DNA of 57,522 nt from positions 1 through 57,522 of IMG/VR virus record IMGVR_UViG_3300034075_000013, one strand, 5' to 3'. The translations under genes and the position numbers were made by a program. Shown here piece after piece: positions 54,027 to 57,522 of the stretch; position 1 is the first letter of the stretch, and each line of letters opens with the position of its first letter. This stretch comes from a virus. Taxonomy: Duplodnaviria > Caudoviricetes. Under the pieces are notes generated by a model. It saw only the letters and a list, made by a program, of their open reading frames with translations. It was not told the DNA's origin and ran no database searches.

Positions 54027-54394
54027 GCCGCCACCTTCAGTCGTTCAATCTCGGCCTGCAATTCAGCGATCCGCGCATCCTTGGCCCGCTCCTGAAGGTC
54101 GAAGCCGACCCGGAACGCCTCGTACTGGACCGGGGCCAGATTCCCGCAAAGGTTCATTAGCTCGACCCGCTTGTTCGGCGGGAAGTTCCCCCTGCCCTTC
54201 CTGATGCGCGAGAAGTGGCCCTTGTCGATGCCCAGCCGCTCCCGGATAACCTCGTCCGACAGGCGGGACAGGTTCATGCACAGGTTCAGCGCTTCCAGCT
54301 CGTTCCCGCAGGCTTGGATGAACGCACCGGGTACAGGCTGCGGTCCCTTCACGACAGAGAGGAAAGGCATCTCTCGTTGGGAATGGTTGCTCAT
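54023..54394 (-). CDS. CII-like transcriptional regulator
   Basis: [14 protein letters not shown], position after cro. Confidence 0.7.
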   Translation of the reverse strand: MSNHSQREMPFLSVVKGPQPVPGAFIQACGNELEALNLCMNLSRLSDEVIRERLGIDKGHFSRIRKGRGNFPPNKRVELMNLCGNLAPVQYEAFRVGFDLQERAKDARIAELQAEIERLKVAA

Positions 54395-54601
54395 GGTTGT
54401 TCCTCGTTGACTACGGTTTAGCCAGCAAACGGACCAGACTTCAGCCCATGACGAACGAAAAAGAAAGCGCCCGACCCGAGGGCCGAGCGCAAGGCTCCTG
54501 CGATGGAGCGTCCCTGAGTGGATTCGGCTTCATAGCCGTCGCCCTGCTGCTGGCTAGCGCAGGAGTGGCGTGGCTTGTGATGGTGTGGGGATGACATGGG
54601 G

Positions 54602-55111
54602 CTAGGCTTCTGCGCGCCAAGGGAACCTGTTGCGACCGGCCCCGCGCGCCGCGTTGCAGTCTCGGCAGACCGGCTCGATGTCGGCCGGCTTGAAGTAGTC
54701 CCGGTGGTCGTATTCCTCTGCCTGTGCGCCGCAGTCAACGCAAACGCAATCGGATATCTTTTTGAGCAGACCCGCCTTGACCAGCGCGGCAACGTAGTTG
54801 TGCGCCCGCTGCTGCATGTGAATGACAAGCCCGGAATTACGGCAAGGGAGGCAGTAACGCGCCTTCGCCGGTCTGTCGGAAATGTCTCGCTCGCCGCAAC
54901 ACTCACACAAGCGCGGCCCCATGCTTGGCCGCTGGGCCGCCTCGTTACGCGCCTGCTTAGTCGGCGGCTCGGCCTTGACGCCGTGGCGAGTGAAAAGGAA
55001 TCGCAGCCCCGCCACCGTGTAGCCGGTGCGTCGCCCAATCTCGGTTATGCACACGCCGGCCCTTGCAAGTTCAAGCGCTTGCTGCGCTGTGGGCTTTTCG
55101 CGGCGACCCAT
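54602..55111 (-). CDS. HTH plus zinc/HNH-like protein inserted after cro
   Basis: CVDCG...YDHRDY.KP..IEPVCRDCN. Confidence 0.65.
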   Translation of the reverse strand: MGRREKPTAQQALELARAGVCITEIGRRTGYTVAGLRFLFTRHGVKAEPPTKQARNEAAQRPSMGPRLCECCGERDISDRPAKARYCLPCRNSGLVIHMQQRAHNYVAALVKAGLLKKISDCVCVDCGAQAEEYDHRDYFKPADIEPVCRDCNAARGAGRNRFPWRAEA

Positions 55112-55333
55112 TCAGTCCACCCGATCCGTCTTGCGTTGCAGGGTCAGGCCCAGCACGCGGGCCTCGCACTCTGGTTCGGCCTTCAGCTTCCCCTCCGTGA
55201 TGCGCTGAATCTGAAGCTGGCGAACGTCTGGGGGGAAGGTTTTCCACTGGTAGATGGCCGGGACAGTGATGTCCAGGGCCTTCGCTAGAGCCGCCTCCCC
55301 CTTGAAATGCTTGATGGCTGCGCGAGTTCTCAT
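55112..55333 (-). CDS. cro: Cro-like repressor
   Basis: AIKHF...LAKALDITVPAIYQW...RQLQIQRITEGKL. Confidence 0.85.
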   Translation of the reverse strand: MRTRAAIKHFKGEAALAKALDITVPAIYQWKTFPPDVRQLQIQRITEGKLKAEPECEARVLGLTLQRKTDRVD

Positions 55334-55338
55334 CCCGT

Positions 55339-55379
55339 GTTTATCGCACTAAAGCCGCGCCGTGGCAAGCACAATAAAG
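55339..55379. promoter_or_regulatory. OR operators / pR
   Basis: GTTTATCGCACTAAAG (55339-55354) and GGCAAGCACAATAAAG (55364-55379) match CTTTAG-N4-CTAAAG; TTGCCA-17-GATAAA on minus strand. Confidence 0.55.
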
Positions 55380-55403
55380 CAACCCCGCGTTCCAATCAGG
55401 TTT

Positions 55404-55820
55404 ATGGCGCTTAAAGACCGGATTCAGGAGGCGATGGACGGCTCAACCCCGAAGCTGAGCCGAGCGCAGATCGCGCGGGCGTGCTCCATGACGAACGCAG
55501 CCGTAACCCACTGGCTCAACGGGGAGACTAAGAGCCTAAAGGCTGACAAGGCCCTTGCTCTGGAAGCGGCTACCGGCTACCGGGCAACGTGGATTTTGAC
55601 CGGCAAGGGGTCAAAACGGGTCTCTGAGCCGTTCTGGCCGTTCACCGTGGGCATCGACCGCTACAAGGCCCTCACAGAGCGGCAAAAAGGCTTCGTGGAC
55701 GCCCGGCTACTGCAAGCCGTGGAGGAATGCGAGACGGGTCGCCCGCCCGCTTCTGTCGAGCGCCTGGGCGAAAGCCTTGACGGCGAGCGAACGACTGACA
55801 AAAAACAGGCGTTGAGCTAG
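55404..55820 (+). CDS. cI: CI-like repressor (HTH, no S24 peptidase domain)
   Basis: LSRAQIARACSMTNAAVTHWLNG...WILTGKG; divergent from cro. Confidence 0.8.
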   Translation: MALKDRIQEAMDGSTPKLSRAQIARACSMTNAAVTHWLNGETKSLKADKALALEAATGYRATWILTGKGSKRVSEPFWPFTVGIDRYKALTERQKGFVDARLLQAVEECETGRPPASVERLGESLDGERTTDKKQALS

Positions 55821-55925
55821 TTTTGGTTAAGCAATAGCCTGACTATGCTTTGTGATAGCTGGCAAAAAAGACATGGGCGGTGTTGAATCACCCTGGGGGG
55901 TGTTTTCACACCGAAGGGGACTCAA

Positions 55926-56162
55926 GTGGGTGTTGTGCTTCGCCTGGTCCGCAGTTCGACCAAGCCAACAATAGATACGCTCCAGCAACTGCTGGAATGC
56001 GCGATGCGCGGGGAAGTCGTCGGCCTCTGCATCTGCTTCAAGACGAAAGACGGTCAAGAAAAGGCGCTGTTCACTGGCGTCTACAGCGACCGACACCAGG
56101 CCGCTAGCGCAGCGATGCGCATGAGCGTAAAGATGACCATGAGAGACGACAAGGTTTCTTAG
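55926..56162 (+). CDS. Hypothetical protein in the immunity region
   Basis: AAGGG RBS, coding-like. Confidence 0.55.
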   Translation: MGVVLRLVRSSTKPTIDTLQQLLECAMRGEVVGLCICFKTKDGQEKALFTGVYSDRHQAASAAMRMSVKMTMRDDKVS

Positions 56163-56209
56163 CAGTCCCGCGCCAGCCGGGTCCGCTGGCCCCTGACGAA
56201 GGAGAGCCG

Positions 56210-56539
56210 ATGCGCTTTCTACTGATCCCCGCCCTACTGGTCGCCGGAGGCTGCACCACGCAGACGCCACCCGGACAAGTGAGTAACTACGGCATCTGCG
56301 AGTACACGATGGGCGGCGGGAACAACGCCCTCGTTGCACAGGCTGAGGCCACCCGGCGCGGCCTCGACTGCACCGCCTATTACCCCGCCATAGCGGCCCA
56401 GCGAGCCCGCGAGTCGGCAGCACTGGAGAACGCTGCCAGGTACTTCGCGCCCCGCCCCGCCCCCGTCAGCCCGTTCCCGAGGCAGACCAACTGCACCAGC
56501 CGCGCCGTAGGCAACACGGTTCAAACCGACTGCTGGTGA
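56210..56539 (+). CDS. Lipoprotein (possible superinfection exclusion)
   Basis: Lipobox VAGGC; TNCTSRAVGNTVQTDC C-terminus. Confidence 0.7.
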   Translation: MRFLLIPALLVAGGCTTQTPPGQVSNYGICEYTMGGGNNALVAQAEATRRGLDCTAYYPAIAAQRARESAALENAARYFAPRPAPVSPFPRQTNCTSRAVGNTVQTDCW

Positions 56540-56548
56540 TCCACCTCT

Positions 56549-56575
56549 AGCCCGCCACTCGCGCGGGCTTCTTTT
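56549..56575 (+). terminator. Intrinsic terminator ending the immunity operon
   Basis: AGCCCGC...GCGGGCT-TCTTTT. Confidence 0.7.
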
Positions 56576-56585
56576 CGTCTGAATA

Positions 56586-56638
56586 CCTTACTGGGCTAAA
56601 GGGCTATGCTTTACTTCGGGCTTTAGCGCGCTTAAGCT
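56586..56638 (+). promoter_or_regulatory. pL promoter with OL operators
   Basis: TTTACT(56610)-17-TAAGCT(56633); operators CCTTACTGGGCTAAAG (56586-56601) and CTTTAGCGCGCTTAAG (56621-56636). Confidence 0.6.
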
Positions 56639-56684
56639 TCTCCCCATCGGTGCAGTACAGACCGACAACCAACCGGAGATTTGG

Positions 56685-57455
56685 GTGAAAGTCGAAATCA
56701 AACACTGCTGGACCGGTAACACGCTCTACACGGCAGACGTCCCTGACAACACGCCCAGCGGCATGCAAATGCGCGCGGCATTGGAGCAGGCGACGCAAGC
56801 GCGCGCCAACCTCGCGCGCGCCAACCTCGCGGGAGCCAACCTCGCGCGCGCCAACCTCGCGCGCGCCAACCTCGCGGGAGCCTACCTCGCGGGAGCCGAC
56901 CTCGCGGGAGCCTACCTCGCGGGAGCCGACCTCGCGGGAGCCGACCTCGCGGGAGCCGACCTCGCGGGAGCCTACCTCGCGGGAGCCAACCTCGCGCGCG
57001 CCAACCTCGCGGGAGCCAACCTCGCGGGAGCCAACCTCGCGCGCGCCAACCTCGCGCGCGCCGACCTCGCGGGAGCCGACCTCGCGGGAGCCTACCTCGC
57101 GGGAGCCGACCTCGCGGGAGCCAAGGACGCAGACCTTGTCATCGCACAGACCCGCATCCTGCCCGAAGGCGATTTGATCGGCTGGAAGAAGTGCAACGCC
57201 GGCGTGCTTGTGAAACTGCGCATTCCCGCTGACGCCAAGCGCTCTCACGCCTTCGGCCGCAAGTGCCGCGCGCAGTTCGTTGATGTGCTGGAAGTGATCG
57301 GCGGCGAACTAGGAATCACCGACACGCACGGACCGCGCACGGAGTACCGGGTCGGCCAGCGCGTCACGCCGAACTCGTTTGACGAGAACTGGCAAGACGA
57401 GTGCAGCAACGGGGTTCATTTCTTCATCACCCGTGAAGAAGCGCACGCGTGGTAG
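56685..57455 (+). CDS. Pentapeptide-repeat protein with C-terminal DUF5758-like domain
   Basis: 21 A(N/D/Y)LA(R/G) repeats; IGWKK...RKCRA...ECSNGVHFFITREEA. Confidence 0.85.
   Translation: MKVEIKHCWTGNTLYTADVPDNTPSGMQMRAALEQATQARANLARANLAGANLARANLARANLAGAYLAGADLAGAYLAGADLAGADLAGADLAGAYLAGANLARANLAGANLAGANLARANLARADLAGADLAGAYLAGADLAGAKDADLVIAQTRILPEGDLIGWKKCNAGVLVKLRIPADAKRSHAFGRKCRAQFVDVLEVIGGELGITDTHGPRTEYRVGQRVTPNSFDENWQDECSNGVHFFITREEAHAW
56805..57119 (+). repeat. 21 x 15-bp tandem repeat GCC(A/G/T)ACCTCGCG(CGC/GGA)
   Basis: Direct reading of the sequence. Confidence 0.95.
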
Positions 57456-57522
57456 CCCCCAGCGCAGAGCGATGGTCGCAGTACAGACCGACAACCAACC
57501 GGAGATTTGGGTGAAAGTCGAA

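Noticed and set aside
56805-57119. Diversity-generating retroelement (A-to-N variation in AAC codons)
   Set aside because: No reverse transcriptase or TR/VR pair in the genome; variation is the ordinary pentapeptide N/D/Y pattern

Overview
The window is essentially one complete temperate tailed-phage genome, a circle of about 57,402 bp (bases 1-103 are repeated at 57403-57505). It has lambdoid organisation and P22-like (podovirus) virion genes. The + strand carries the 'pL' early arm: a pentapeptide-repeat gene, many small ORFs, a SpoU/TrmH RNA methyltransferase, Sak4-like ATPase plus exonuclease, xis, an attP carrying a replacement dusA 5' end, and a tyrosine integrase. The - strand carries cro/cII, a DNA methylase, replication, nin genes and a Q-like antiterminator, then the late operon: terminase, portal, scaffold, coat, tail hub, fibre, ejection proteins, tailspike, lysis, and a peptidase/phosphoesterase/dNTPase block. 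The host is probably a betaproteobacterium (inferred from the DusA N-terminus). The most striking part is a ~6 kb RNA island between Q and terS (40.4-46.2 kb). It holds a Ro60/TROVE (Rsr) gene preceded by four Y-RNA-like elements sharing a covarying closing stem. One of these encloses two protein-coding genes in its loop, and another keeps a Thr(UGU) anticodon arm. The island also has a tRNA-Thr(UGU) split exactly in its anticodon by an HNH gene, several tRNA-like RNAs with CCA ends but aberrant anticodon/D/T loops, and further structured non-coding tracts. All assignments come from manual motif recognition and base-pairing; no database searches were run.
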